A stretch of DNA of 64,000 nt from an uncultured bacterium (GCA_964499705.1 CAZCME010000015.1:1-64000), one strand, 5' to 3'. Shown: positions 11,401 through 20,980, numbered from the stretch's first letter. Notes: generated by a model not told the origin, from the sequence alone. Numbers and translations are program-made.

Positions 11401-11717
11401 TGCTCGAGAAGCTTTTTCTGAGGTTCTGAAATGTCAAAGAGTCCGATTAGGTATATTCTTGCGGAGTTAGCGTTACCCAGATTGTCGCGTATCCAACCAA
11501 TCCACCTTAGAAAGTTCGGGTCATCGCCCGAAAAGCCAATCAAGCAAAGAGTGTTTTCCAGTAATGACTGCTGAACAGTGTTAACAAACGCGGCGTAATC
11601 AGTCGGGTATCTGCGGTAATCTTCTTCCGTGACAACGAATGGGCGTTGAGACGGGAAACTGCCGTGAAGCTTGATAATTCGAGGCCTACTTGAGTAAACC
11701 ATGTCTTCTTGATTAAC

Positions 11718-13140
11718 GGCAATGTCCCGACCCCTGTTGAACTTTAAATGGCGGCTCTCCGCCCGAGATTGTAAAACCTCGGGAGAAGAGAGACCTCGTT
11801 GCCTTGCAGGGCAACAAAAGGAGAGCCACCGATGGGAAGATACAGGAACGCCCCGAGCAGGGGCAATGTCATTCACGCGCAGGATCGATTTGAGAATCTC
11901 GCAGCCAGTCTCAAGGGCAGCTTGATGTCGGCGTTCATGCGATGCGGAGTCGAGGCATTCAACGAGATGCTGCGTAAGGAGGCCGAGGCACTGGCGGGGC
12001 CCAAGGGCAAGCATAATGCCGACCGCGGCGCGCATCATTGGGGCGCGACGCCGTCCGAGGTTATCCTTGGAGGGGGAAAGCTCAAGGTCATGCGACCGCG
12101 CATTCGAGCGACGGACAACCGGGAACTGTCCTTGGCTTCTTTCGAGCACGCTTCGAGCGAGGACTTGCTGAGCGATACCATGATGGAAGGCATCCTCTGC
12201 GGCCTTTCCACGAGAAGCTATGGCCGCTTCGTTGAGAAGGTGCAGGAGCGGAACGTGCGCGCGATGTCGAAGTCGGCGGTAAGTCGCCGCCTCGTCAAGG
12301 GAACACGGAAACGGATGGGCGAGATCCTCGGGCGTTCGCTGGCCGGTTTCGATCTTCTCGTTCTGATGATGGACGGCGTGGCGATCGGCGATCATACGAT
12401 CGTGGTCGCGCTCGGGATCGACAGGAACGGCCACAAGCAAGTTCTGGGGCTTCGAGAAGGCTCCACAGAGAACGCGGCCGTCGCGACCGCGTTGCTGAAC
12501 GATCTTGTGGAACGAGATCTGAAGATCGAAAAATGCCTGGCGGTCATCGACGGCGGCAAGGGAATCCGAAAAGCCATCATCGACGTCATGGGAAAGGACA
12601 CTCCGATTCAACGGTGCCGGCTTCACAAGGAACGGAACATCCTTGATCACCTTCCAAGAGAAAAAAGATCCTGGGTGAAGCTCCTGATCCAGAAGGCCTG
12701 GAACGCGGAAGGGGCTGACACGGCGAAGAACACGATGCTGAATCTGGCGAAGACGCTGGAAAACGATTACCCCGGCGCGGCGGGCAGTATTCGAGAAGGG
12801 CTCGATGATCTCTTCACCATCAAGAAGCTCGGGTTGAAAGGACCGCTTGCCGCGTGCCTGAGCTCCACGAATATCATTGAGGCGTTGATCGGTCGCGGTC
12901 GCGTGATCACGGGCAAGGTAAAGCGGTGGCGCAGCGGCGGAATGGCGATGCGTTGGATGGCTACGGCACTGGTAGAAGCGGAACGAGGATTCCGCCGCAT
13001 CAGAGGTCATCGAGAAATTCCATTCTTAGCAAATGTTCTCGGCCGCGGAGAACGCTTGGCCATGGCCGAGAAGACGGCGTAAGATCGAAATGAAATTGGA
13101 GAGCCGCCATTCAAAGTTCAACAGGAGCCGGGACATTGCC
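11718..13140 (+). mobile_element. IS256-family insertion sequence, 1423 bp
   Basis: 43-bp terminal inverted repeats (11718-11760 and 13098-13140, 3 mismatches) and an 8-bp target duplication TGATTAAC at 11710-11717 and 13141-13148. Confidence 0.96.
11832..13082 (+). CDS. IS256/mutator-family DDE transposase
   Basis: GLSTRSY, LMMDGV, VALGI, VIDGGKG, IQRCRLHKERN and STNIIE motifs; AAGGAGAG RBS before ATG 11832. Confidence 0.93.
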   Translation: MGRYRNAPSRGNVIHAQDRFENLAASLKGSLMSAFMRCGVEAFNEMLRKEAEALAGPKGKHNADRGAHHWGATPSEVILGGGKLKVMRPRIRATDNRELSLASFEHASSEDLLSDTMMEGILCGLSTRSYGRFVEKVQERNVRAMSKSAVSRRLVKGTRKRMGEILGRSLAGFDLLVLMMDGVAIGDHTIVVALGIDRNGHKQVLGLREGSTENAAVATALLNDLVERDLKIEKCLAVIDGGKGIRKAIIDVMGKDTPIQRCRLHKERNILDHLPREKRSWVKLLIQKAWNAEGADTAKNTMLNLAKTLENDYPGAAGSIREGLDDLFTIKKLGLKGPLAACLSSTNIIEALIGRGRVITGKVKRWRSGGMAMRWMATALVEAERGFRRIRGHREIPFLANVLGRGERLAMAEKTA

Positions 13141-13585
13141 TGATTAACGACTACATCGTATCTTCGAGATGGGACGTTGACGGTTGCGCGCTCAAGGAGA
13201 GTATCGTAGTTAGTCGTGAAGACATCGGACCACGGCAACTTCATTAGGCTGACATGAAGTGGCGACGGCTCGTACTCCGTGTCGGGTATTTCGGATCTCA
13301 ATATTTGGTCTAACGCTGGTCTTCCGAAGGCGGCTTGAACTTCATCTGCAAGTTTCAGCAAACTCAAGTAGTGATCAGTGTCTTTAGGAGCTTGCCCGTG
13401 AATCTTCTTATAGAAGATATTTCCTAATTCCGCCCAATCGGGAATCCTCTTGGCGGACGGATCAGCTTTCCTTGCATTTTTGCTAAATCCGGCACCGACC
13501 ATCACTGCCGCATGGCCTGACCACAGCCGCCTTGCTACTTCGTCCAAAAATGGCTCCATTTTGCAAGGGAGAGGTGATGCGTCGT

Positions 13586-15109
13586 TCATTTTCCATCACC
13601 TGAGGCTACCGCAGAATTCTCTAATATCTCAAATAGGCCTCGCATGGATTTTCGCAACTCCTTAGAACTCTTCTGCCAGTCGGCAATGGCCTGATTCAGG
13701 TCGCCGTCGGTGGCGCCGGCCTTGGATTCACCGTTTGACTTGAGCGGCTGGACGTACATAGGAATGCTCAGGTTGCACTTCTTCTCGCGGATCTCGTCAT
13801 TCGTCGCTACTTGAGCGAAGCCTGGAATGTTCGTGAAATCGCGATACGCGGTGACGATACGCTCGATGTGGTCGTTGGTCAGGAAACTCTGCGCGCGCTC
13901 GCGGGTCACTTCGTCCACGGCGTTGATGAAGAGAACCTTGTTGCGCCGCTCCTTTGGTTTACTCCGGCGGCAGACGACGACGCAGGCCTCCATCGGCGAG
14001 TTGTAGAAGAGGTTGGGGCCGAGGCCGAGCACGCACTCGACGACATCGTGCGCCACGAGTTTCTCGCGCATCTCGGACTCTTCGTTCCGGAAGAGGACGC
14101 CGTGCGGGAAGAGAATAGCGCAACGGCCCGTCTTCGGCTTCAGGCTCTGGATGATGTGCTGCCAGAATGCGTAGTCGGCACGGCCCTGGGGCGGAGTGCC
14201 GTAGATGTTGCGGCCCCACGGATCGGCCGACCAGGCGTCACGGTCCCACTGCTTGATTGAATATGGTGGATTCGCCAGGATCAGGTCGAACTGCTGGAGG
14301 CGGTCACCCTCGACGAAGGCCGGATGTGCGAGCGTGTCCGCCCTCGCGATCCGGAAGTCCTGGATGCCGTGCAGGAAGAGATTCATCCGGCCGATCGCCG
14401 ACGTCAGAAGGTTGCGTTCCTGGCCGGAGAGCTTGAGATTCCGCCACTCCTTCTTCCGCCGCTTCAGGTGCGTGACCGCGGAGAGGAGCATGCCTCCGGA
14501 ACCGCAGGTCGGATCGTAGATGGATTCGCCGGGGCGGGGTTCGAGCATCTCGGTCATCAGGTGAACGACCGTGCGATTCGTGTAGAACTCGGCCGCGGTG
14601 TGCCCCGAGTCGTCGGCGAACTTCTTGATGAGAAACTCGTAGCCTACGCCGAGTTCATCCTCCGGGCAGTTCGCGAGCGACAAAGTACGGGAGCTGAAGT
14701 GCTCTACCAGTTCTCTCAGCATCCGGTCAGGCAGACGATCCTTGTTCGTCCACTGAGCGTCGCCGAAGACGCCGAAGAGCGTCTCGGGGTTGGCCTGCTC
14801 GATTGCGCGCAACGCGTCCTGTATCTCCTTGCCGACATTACTGACCTTCGAGCGCGTCGCGCTCCATTGCGCTTCAGGCGGAATCTGGAAGCGGTGCTGT
14901 TCCGGCAGAGCCGCATATTGTTCGTCGCCACCTGATTCTTCAAGTGCGGCGGCCCGCTCCTCGTCGTGCACGTCGCAAAGCCTTTTGTAGAAGAGCAGCG
15001 GGAAGATGAATTGCTTGTAGTCCCCAGCGTCGATGGTTCCCCGTAGTAGCACGGCAGCGCCCCAGAGGTAGGACTCGAGTTCATTCTGTGTGATGCGGGC
15101 TACGCTCAT
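13586..15109 (-). CDS. hsdM: Type I R-M methyltransferase subunit M (NPPY motif; candidate m4C subunit)
   Basis: LESYLWGAA, EFYTNR, YDPTCGSGGML, ANPPY, PHGVLFR; ATGA overlaps with both neighbours. Confidence 0.95.
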   Translation of the reverse strand: MSVARITQNELESYLWGAAVLLRGTIDAGDYKQFIFPLLFYKRLCDVHDEERAAALEESGGDEQYAALPEQHRFQIPPEAQWSATRSKVSNVGKEIQDALRAIEQANPETLFGVFGDAQWTNKDRLPDRMLRELVEHFSSRTLSLANCPEDELGVGYEFLIKKFADDSGHTAAEFYTNRTVVHLMTEMLEPRPGESIYDPTCGSGGMLLSAVTHLKRRKKEWRNLKLSGQERNLLTSAIGRMNLFLHGIQDFRIARADTLAHPAFVEGDRLQQFDLILANPPYSIKQWDRDAWSADPWGRNIYGTPPQGRADYAFWQHIIQSLKPKTGRCAILFPHGVLFRNEESEMREKLVAHDVVECVLGLGPNLFYNSPMEACVVVCRRSKPKERRNKVLFINAVDEVTRERAQSFLTNDHIERIVTAYRDFTNIPGFAQVATNDEIREKKCNLSIPMYVQPLKSNGESKAGATDGDLNQAIADWQKSSKELRKSMRGLFEILENSAVASGDGK

Positions 15110-16599
15110 GCCATGAACCCTTCGCGTCGCAACAGCGCGGTAAGACGATCCTCGGCGGCATAGGCCGCTTCAAGAGACTTCTTTAGCTGGGACACGGCCT
15201 CCGCGACTGTGATCGTCTCCTCCTCCAGAACAGGTTCGACGTAGCGGGGTATGTTTAGGTTTCCGTCGTTCTCGCGGATCGCATCGAGCGTCGCGACGTG
15301 ACAATTTCCGGGGACGTCCGCGTATGACTCATACCACCCGTGAATACGATCGACCTGTTCGGGAAGCAGCTCGTTCTGGGCCCGGCCAGTCTTGAACTCC
15401 CGCGAGGCATCGATGAAAAGCACTTTCCCGCGGCGCGACTTCGGTTTCGCGTCGCGAAAGATTAGGATGCAGGCGGCAAGCCCGGCCCCGTAGAAGAGGT
15501 TCGGGGCGAGGCCGATGATTGCGTCAAGGATGTCCATTTCCAATATCTTTTCGCGGATTTTGCCTTCCTTCGACATTCGGAAGAGCACGCCATGTGGGAG
15601 GACAACGGCCATGCGCCCCTTCTTCTTCGCCATTGACTTGATCATGTGCTGGACCCAGGCGAAGTCGCCGCTTTTGGACGGCGGGACGCCGGCGAAGTTG
15701 CGGCCATAGGGATCGCTCGCCCAGAGATCATCGCCCCAGTTCTCGAGCGAGAAGGGCGGATTGGCGATCACGCAATCGAAGGTCGCGAGACTGTCGCCCG
15801 TATAGAAGGCAGGCTCCCGGAGCGTATCGCCACGCTCGATATGGAAATCCTCGGCGCCATGCAGGAAGAGATTCATGCGCGCGATAGCCGAGGTCGTCAG
15901 GTTCTTCTCCTGCCCGAAGAGTTTCCCGAGCATGAGCTGAGTGTCGCCGCCATGCTCGTTCACATGATGCAGCGCCTCCAACAGCATTCCGCCAGTCCCG
16001 CAGGCGGGATCGTAGATCGTTTCGCCCTCCGCCGGAGCGAGGATCCTGACCATCAACGCTACTACGGCCCGCGGCGTATAGAACTCGCCGGCTTTCTTGT
16101 TGGTAAGGTCGGCGAACTTCTTGATGAGGTATTCGTACGCCTGCCCGAGCAGATCAGCCCGGCACGCCTCGTTGCCAAGCTTTAGCCGTGAGAAATGCTC
16201 GATCAAGTCCTTGAGGAGCGCGTCGGAGAGGCGCTCCTTGTTCGTCCAGGGCGCATCGCCGAAGATGGCGTGCAGCGTATCGGGATTGGCCTTTTCGATC
16301 GCGCGCATGGACTTCTGAATCGCCGCGCCCAGGTTGGCGTTTCGCTCGCGGACCAGAGACCAGTGGCACCCCTCCGGAATCTGGAACCGATGGTTCTCGG
16401 GAAAATGCGCAAAGTCATAGTCCCCGTTCGACTCCTTGAACGCGATCTCAAATTCCTCGTCGTACACGTCGCAGATCCTCTTGAAGAAGAGGAGCGGGAA
16501 GATGTAGGTCTTGAAGTCCGCGGCGTCGACAGGCCCGCGCAGTATGTTGGCGGCCTCCCAAAGGTAGGACTCGAGCTGCTGCTGAGTCAGTTGGGGCAT
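15106..16599 (-). CDS. hsdM: Type I R-M methyltransferase subunit M (NPPF motif; m6A subunit)
   Basis: LESYLWEAANILRG, GEFYTPR, YDPACGTGGML, ANPPF, PHGVLFR. Confidence 0.95.
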   Translation of the reverse strand: MPQLTQQQLESYLWEAANILRGPVDAADFKTYIFPLLFFKRICDVYDEEFEIAFKESNGDYDFAHFPENHRFQIPEGCHWSLVRERNANLGAAIQKSMRAIEKANPDTLHAIFGDAPWTNKERLSDALLKDLIEHFSRLKLGNEACRADLLGQAYEYLIKKFADLTNKKAGEFYTPRAVVALMVRILAPAEGETIYDPACGTGGMLLEALHHVNEHGGDTQLMLGKLFGQEKNLTTSAIARMNLFLHGAEDFHIERGDTLREPAFYTGDSLATFDCVIANPPFSLENWGDDLWASDPYGRNFAGVPPSKSGDFAWVQHMIKSMAKKKGRMAVVLPHGVLFRMSKEGKIREKILEMDILDAIIGLAPNLFYGAGLAACILIFRDAKPKSRRGKVLFIDASREFKTGRAQNELLPEQVDRIHGWYESYADVPGNCHVATLDAIRENDGNLNIPRYVEPVLEEETITVAEAVSQLKKSLEAAYAAEDRLTALLRREGFMA

Positions 16600-16606
16600 G
16601 GGGGTC

Positions 16607-16720
16607 TCATCTTAGAATCTCCCGGAAGGTCACGACTAGCCAGGTGCGGGCGCGAACGCGGATGATGTCGCCTTGCTTGGGGAGTTTGGTGGTGGGCTTG
16701 GATGCGGTTGTGGCGGGCAA
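16607..16720 (-). pseudogene. 37-codon remnant resembling the N-terminus of SNF2/DrmD-like helicases
   Basis: TTG-started frame just after the gmrSD-like stop: LPATTASKPTTKLPKQGDIIRVRARTWLVVTFREILR*. P..G.I.RVR.R.WLV resembles DrmD-type N-termini as I recall them. Confidence 0.4.
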
Positions 16721-16723
16721 GGA

Positions 16724-19345
16724 CTACTCTACCCCGAGGCGCTTCGAGAAGCCGCTTCGAAACTTCAAGGCCGTGTCTCGGATCCACTGATGGAAGCGTA
16801 GCCACTCGTCAGAGTTTTCAAGGTGAAAGTCGATGTAGGTGGAGAAATACTGTTCGGAGGTCTCGATCTTCGCGTCAATCTCTGCTTCGAGCTCCGACAA
16901 CGGCGATTGGGAAAGCTCCTTGAACTTGGACTTGTATTTGCGACTCGCGCGGTTCGCGATGCCGAAGTAGATCCCGACATACGGCTCGCCCGCGGTAATC
17001 TCGGCACCGAAAAGCAGGCCGTTGTCGATGTTCTCGAATCGGCAGTAGCGGTGGCCGGCGCCGGGGTCATTCTCTCGAAATGCCAGTCCGCTGCCTTCGA
17101 GAACTAGCGCGCAGGCCTGCCAGAAGGACTTCATTCGTAGTTGCTGTTCGACGCGCTGTCTCAAACCCGAATCCTTGAGCGCTTCAGCCTCGTATTCCTT
17201 CACTCTGGGCGCAAAGACCCGAAGGTAGTCTTCAAGCCGATCGCCAAACCAATCGTGCTGCACCGGCCAGTCCTCTTTGTCCTTAAGCTGGAGGCCCTCG
17301 TCGGCCGCCTTGATCTCCGATGAGCGTTTCGCGATTTCCCAATGGAGCGGATAGCCGATCTCCTGCTCGAGAGCGGACTTCTGGTCCTGGAGACGATTAG
17401 CGATTCGCTCGCCCAGCTCACCGGGGAGAAAGAGCGAGACGTGGATTCGCCCATGTTGATGATTCAGTCCGAGTTGGATGCGAAGCAGTCCGGTATCTCC
17501 GACCGCGATGTCGATGGTGCTCTTCGTGGTCGGCACGATGAGGTTGGCGGGGACGCCTCGCTCTTCGAGTTGACTGTCGAGATGGCGCCAATATTCAAGC
17601 CGGACTTTTTCCCCTGAGGAGAGGCGCTCCGGGGAAGGCAGAGCCTCGGCGGATGCGGTGTATTCCTGACCCACCGCCGGCCGCGGCCAGAGTCGGAGTA
17701 TCTCTTCGGTCAGAGCTGATGCTCTCGCCTTAATGGCCGGTTCGTTCCATTCGGACAGATTTGCGAAGTGGCGGTTCAACTCAAGGTGACTCTGCGCGAG
17801 AAGCTCCTTCTTGTCGGAGAAGCTCGAGTTGCTGAGATCGGGGTTATAGCCGGTCAGGGAGAGATTTCCGAGCGTATGAAGGAGTCGAGCATGAACGTCC
17901 TCCCATTGCGGTCCGAGCATTGCCTTCCAGTTCTTTCCGGGCGCATTGTTGGAGATCGTCTGTGGCATGACGTGCTCGATAGAGAGGTTGGCCATGTCCA
18001 CCTTCTCTTTGTGTCCGAAAGATTCTTCGATGGTCTCGAGAATGATTCTGGCCTTCCGCTTTTCGCGCGAATAGAGGGCGAAGTCCGCGATGCGTTGGCG
18101 CACCGTGGCATCATCCGGCCAGCGCCTCGCGAGAAGATAGTTCCGGAGGTCGTGCCTGGGATTGTCCTTCAATGCTGGTATCGCCTCGGTGAACCAACGG
18201 CCGTAGGTTCGCGTGGATTCTCCGCAGATGGAGCGGCGTAGAGCGAAACTGGCAAGGTCGGACAAAGCGCCGACAATGTCGTCGTCGTTCATAAGGCCGC
18301 GGGCATGTCTGTCGAGAAGGTTGAGGATGAGGGGATACGCGGTCGTGATCTCCATGCTGTCGATCTGGGTCAGGGCCGCGCGTAGCCGCTCGTGCTTCAC
18401 AGCGCGCGGCCTTCGAATCATCAGTTCAAGCGCGGCGTAATGAATCAACTCCTTGACCTGATCCTCAGGCGAGAGGTTCGCATCCTTCTGGTAGTTCTTG
18501 AAGTCGACGAAGGTCGAATCTTCCTTTGAGTAGAAACCGTTTCGCATGATGAAGTCGCGGTAGAAGGGAGTCATGGGAACTGCCGGCTGACCCTCTGCTG
18601 CGGCGAAGAGGCCCTCCAACTTCTTCCAGAATTGTTCGTCGAACTCGTGTTGACGAGCGTGCGGAATCTGCATGAAGACGAAGTTCCGGATCAGATCGGA
18701 TTCCTCGAGTGGAAGACCGGTTGAGTTGAGGCTCTCGAAGATCTCATAGGGGTTTTCGCCCTCGATGGTCACGACGACGAGCGATAGCCGCCGCGATACC
18801 GTGTCGAGGAGACGGTGCAACTGCTGTTCACTGTCCTTCCGCGCCCAATGTTCGACGTGACGTCGGAAATATTTCCAAGCATGGAAGACCTGACGGTCGG
18901 AGTAGGGCGTCAGGTCCTGGCCTTCGACGATGGCATTGAGCGCCTCGCGGTCGCCGAAACGCGGGAGGACTTTGAATCGTTCGGACCCTTGCTTGCGCTT
19001 GTGCAGGAGATAATCCTCGGTGACTTCCTCCGCCAGCGACGAAAGATTGCGCATAACGGCGACATCGCGAATCGCGGCCAGCAAAATCGTAAGCGTGGTC
19101 AACCGCTGTTGGCCATCGATGAGCTGGTATGCCGGAACGGATCCGGGAAAATGCGAAGTCGGCGTGCAGACGAGCGGGCCGAGAAAATGGACATCTTTCT
19201 CGTGATCGTCCATCAGCGCCCAGAGGTCCTTGCGGATGCGGTCCCAGTGTTCCTTCTTCCAGGAGTAGTAGCGCTGGAAAAGCGGGATGACGTATTGGTC
19301 GCCGGTGTGAAGGATGTCTCGAATCGACTTCGGTCTAGCGTCCAA
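16724..19345 (-). CDS. GmrSD-like modification-dependent restriction endonuclease (DUF262 + DUF1524/HNH) with C-terminal DUF4268-like domains
   Basis: YVIPLFQRYYSW, LIDGQQRLTT, IFESLNSTG, SIEHVMPQ and LGNLSL..N motifs, plus a ~300-aa C-terminal extension containing two YW/FW-started repeats. Confidence 0.88.
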   Translation of the reverse strand: MDARPKSIRDILHTGDQYVIPLFQRYYSWKKEHWDRIRKDLWALMDDHEKDVHFLGPLVCTPTSHFPGSVPAYQLIDGQQRLTTLTILLAAIRDVAVMRNLSSLAEEVTEDYLLHKRKQGSERFKVLPRFGDREALNAIVEGQDLTPYSDRQVFHAWKYFRRHVEHWARKDSEQQLHRLLDTVSRRLSLVVVTIEGENPYEIFESLNSTGLPLEESDLIRNFVFMQIPHARQHEFDEQFWKKLEGLFAAAEGQPAVPMTPFYRDFIMRNGFYSKEDSTFVDFKNYQKDANLSPEDQVKELIHYAALELMIRRPRAVKHERLRAALTQIDSMEITTAYPLILNLLDRHARGLMNDDDIVGALSDLASFALRRSICGESTRTYGRWFTEAIPALKDNPRHDLRNYLLARRWPDDATVRQRIADFALYSREKRKARIILETIEESFGHKEKVDMANLSIEHVMPQTISNNAPGKNWKAMLGPQWEDVHARLLHTLGNLSLTGYNPDLSNSSFSDKKELLAQSHLELNRHFANLSEWNEPAIKARASALTEEILRLWPRPAVGQEYTASAEALPSPERLSSGEKVRLEYWRHLDSQLEERGVPANLIVPTTKSTIDIAVGDTGLLRIQLGLNHQHGRIHVSLFLPGELGERIANRLQDQKSALEQEIGYPLHWEIAKRSSEIKAADEGLQLKDKEDWPVQHDWFGDRLEDYLRVFAPRVKEYEAEALKDSGLRQRVEQQLRMKSFWQACALVLEGSGLAFRENDPGAGHRYCRFENIDNGLLFGAEITAGEPYVGIYFGIANRASRKYKSKFKELSQSPLSELEAEIDAKIETSEQYFSTYIDFHLENSDEWLRFHQWIRDTALKFRSGFSKRLGVE

Positions 19346-19415
19346 GGGCTTTCCTGCCTTTCTTCGTCAGCCGGTATTTCTGGAGGCGGCTGTTGGGTTT
19401 GTCGGGGATGATCAT
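19335..19415 (-). pseudogene. C-terminal remnant of a Fic-associated/winged-helix protein
   Basis: MIIPDKPNSRLQKYRLTKKGRKALGR* is the IPDKPxSRxQKYRLT tail typical of Fic-family proteins; the rest of the gene is absent. Confidence 0.65.
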
Positions 19416-19420
19416 ATGGC

Positions 19421-20323
19421 TCACATTTTCTTCCATGGTCCCGGTGCCGTCCATGCGCGCGTGGACGTGTTCGCGGGCGATTGGCCTGCGGCGACTACGG
19501 GGCCAAGAAAGCCGTCGATGGCACGAACGATCTCTCCAAATGGTTCCGGAATCTGTTCCTGCTTGAGCCGCTTTCGAAATGCCGTCCACTGGACTTGCTT
19601 CGCCTCGATGAAATTCGGAGTGAAGAGGTCGATCTTCGCTGGGAGGTCCGTGGAACGTTGGCGGAACGTCTGCGTCAGCGCCTCTGCCAGGTCGGCCTCT
19701 GTGAAGTCGAATTGACGCGAGAGCAGCCAGATGTCGTAAAAATCCTTCATGCGGCTGTTGAGTTCGCCCAATTTGATCATGGCGTGGAATTTCTCGGCGA
19801 TAGCGCTTTCCCGGCTATAGCAGAGGAGCTGCGGGGCGGGAAAGTGAAGAAGCGTGGGGATGTCCGCGAGCTTCGGAGTTGGATAGACGACATCTCCGAA
19901 TCCGATGTCGATCTGCATGTGGATGATCGCCGAGTCGAGCTGGCCCTTGAAGAGAATCCGCAGTCCATCATATTCGGCGTCGTCGGTGATCGTTTCCGAT
20001 TCGACAGAATCTGAATCGAAGATGAGTCCGTCCGGCTCCACTTCGGCACCGATGATCTCGCGAATCTGGACGATCACTGCCTCCGATTCGTTGCTCGTTT
20101 TTCCGAGCATGTCGATGTCCATTGTTGGACGTATCTGAGGAGACTTCCAGACTCTCAAGAGCAAGGCACCCTTGAGGACGAATCGATCGGCATGCTTCGA
20201 TGAGGCAAGGCGATACAGGAATCGCTCCATCGCGAAATACTGGAGCAGTTCGTTGAATGGTCGCTGATCCTCCTTAGAACGGTTCAGGAGCTTCTGTCGT
20301 ACCGACGCGGGGAGGTTCTTCAC
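19421..20323 (-). CDS. abiEii: AbiEii-family nucleotidyltransferase toxin (type IV TA)
   Basis: MERFLYRL, FVLKGALLL, RPTMDIDML, IDIGFGD, AEKFHAM, NSRMKDFYDI; GTG start overlaps the antitoxin TGA. Confidence 0.92.
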   Translation of the reverse strand: MKNLPASVRQKLLNRSKEDQRPFNELLQYFAMERFLYRLASSKHADRFVLKGALLLRVWKSPQIRPTMDIDMLGKTSNESEAVIVQIREIIGAEVEPDGLIFDSDSVESETITDDAEYDGLRILFKGQLDSAIIHMQIDIGFGDVVYPTPKLADIPTLLHFPAPQLLCYSRESAIAEKFHAMIKLGELNSRMKDFYDIWLLSRQFDFTEADLAEALTQTFRQRSTDLPAKIDLFTPNFIEAKQVQWTAFRKRLKQEQIPEPFGEIVRAIDGFLGPVVAAGQSPANTSTRAWTAPGPWKKM

Positions 20324-20937
20324 ACCGTGGCCTCGAGATATGGACGCATCACTTTCTCGACGCGGCAAATGCGAGCGTAGTGGAGGAGCTCGCCGGCGTT
20401 GAACTTCTTCCGCGCCTTATAGAACTTCAGCGCTTCGAGAACGATATCCAGTCCGAGCTTGTTCCGGAACTTGAAGCAGTCAGCGAGCGTTTTCTCGGGG
20501 GAGTAGATCCGGACGCGCACGCCATCGATGACATGAACCTGAACACCTTCGTTCAGGGCGGATTCGGCAAAGCGATGGACCGAGATCGGTGGATGAGCCA
20601 GGCGAGGAGTCTCCGCGCCCTTCTTCAGAGCGACCGAGACGGCATGCGGTATCTGCGTTGTGATGCCATGAAACGCCAGCGCGGAGATCAAGCAGATCAC
20701 GCCTTTGGGAACGCGCGATGCGACGGTGACCAGGTCGGGATTGGTGATCGGGCCGAACTCCGCGAGTCGATAGATGCCGCGCGAAATCTTCTCGAGATCG
20801 CCGGCCTCATGGAGGCGACAGAGGGTGCGGGGATGTATTCCGGCGGCGATGGCCTCGGCGGTGCGAATCATGCCGCTTCGCTTTTTGATGATCCGCAGAG
20901 CTTGGCTGGAATCGTGCGCCTGGGTTGCGGTGGTCAT
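20320..20937 (-). CDS. abiEi: AbiEi-family antitoxin / transcriptional regulator
   Basis: LEKISRGIYRL, GVICLISALAFHGITTQIP, YSPEKTLADCFKFRNKLG; coupled to the toxin gene. Confidence 0.92.
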   Translation of the reverse strand: MTTATQAHDSSQALRIIKKRSGMIRTAEAIAAGIHPRTLCRLHEAGDLEKISRGIYRLAEFGPITNPDLVTVASRVPKGVICLISALAFHGITTQIPHAVSVALKKGAETPRLAHPPISVHRFAESALNEGVQVHVIDGVRVRIYSPEKTLADCFKFRNKLGLDIVLEALKFYKARKKFNAGELLHYARICRVEKVMRPYLEATV

Positions 20938-20944
20938 TTAGGAA

Positions 20945-20980
20945 ATATTACCGATACTTCGTCATAAGTATAGTTAATAT
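20945..20980. promoter_or_regulatory. Inverted-repeat operator upstream of abiEi
   Basis: atattaccgatactt-N6-aagtatagttaatat (15-bp arms, 2 mismatches), AT-rich, 7 nt upstream of the antitoxin ATG. AbiEi proteins are known to autorepress through promoter inverted repeats. Confidence 0.65.

Larger units (their letters stand above)
8430..13589 (-). pseudogene. dsr1: Dsr1-like defence-associated sirtuin (SIR2 NADase), interrupted by an IS256-family element
   Basis: N-part 13589-13141 (HAAVMVGAGFSKNA, VFTTNYDTLLERA) and C-part 11717-8430 (IIKLHGSF, LCLIGFSGDDPNF). Removing the IS and one TSD copy restores an in-frame 1242-aa ORF joined at YDVVVNQ|EDMVYSS. The SIR2 call is firm; the Dsr1 subfamily is from recalled similarity. 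Confidence 0.85.

Noticed and set aside
8430-13010. 1526-aa ORF in the track
   Set aside because: Chimera: its first ~430 codons are the antisense strand of the IS256, which happens to be open and in frame with the sirtuin C-terminal half.
13026-13589. 187-aa stand-alone SIR2 protein
   Set aside because: It is the N-terminal fragment of the interrupted gene reading into the IS inverted repeat.
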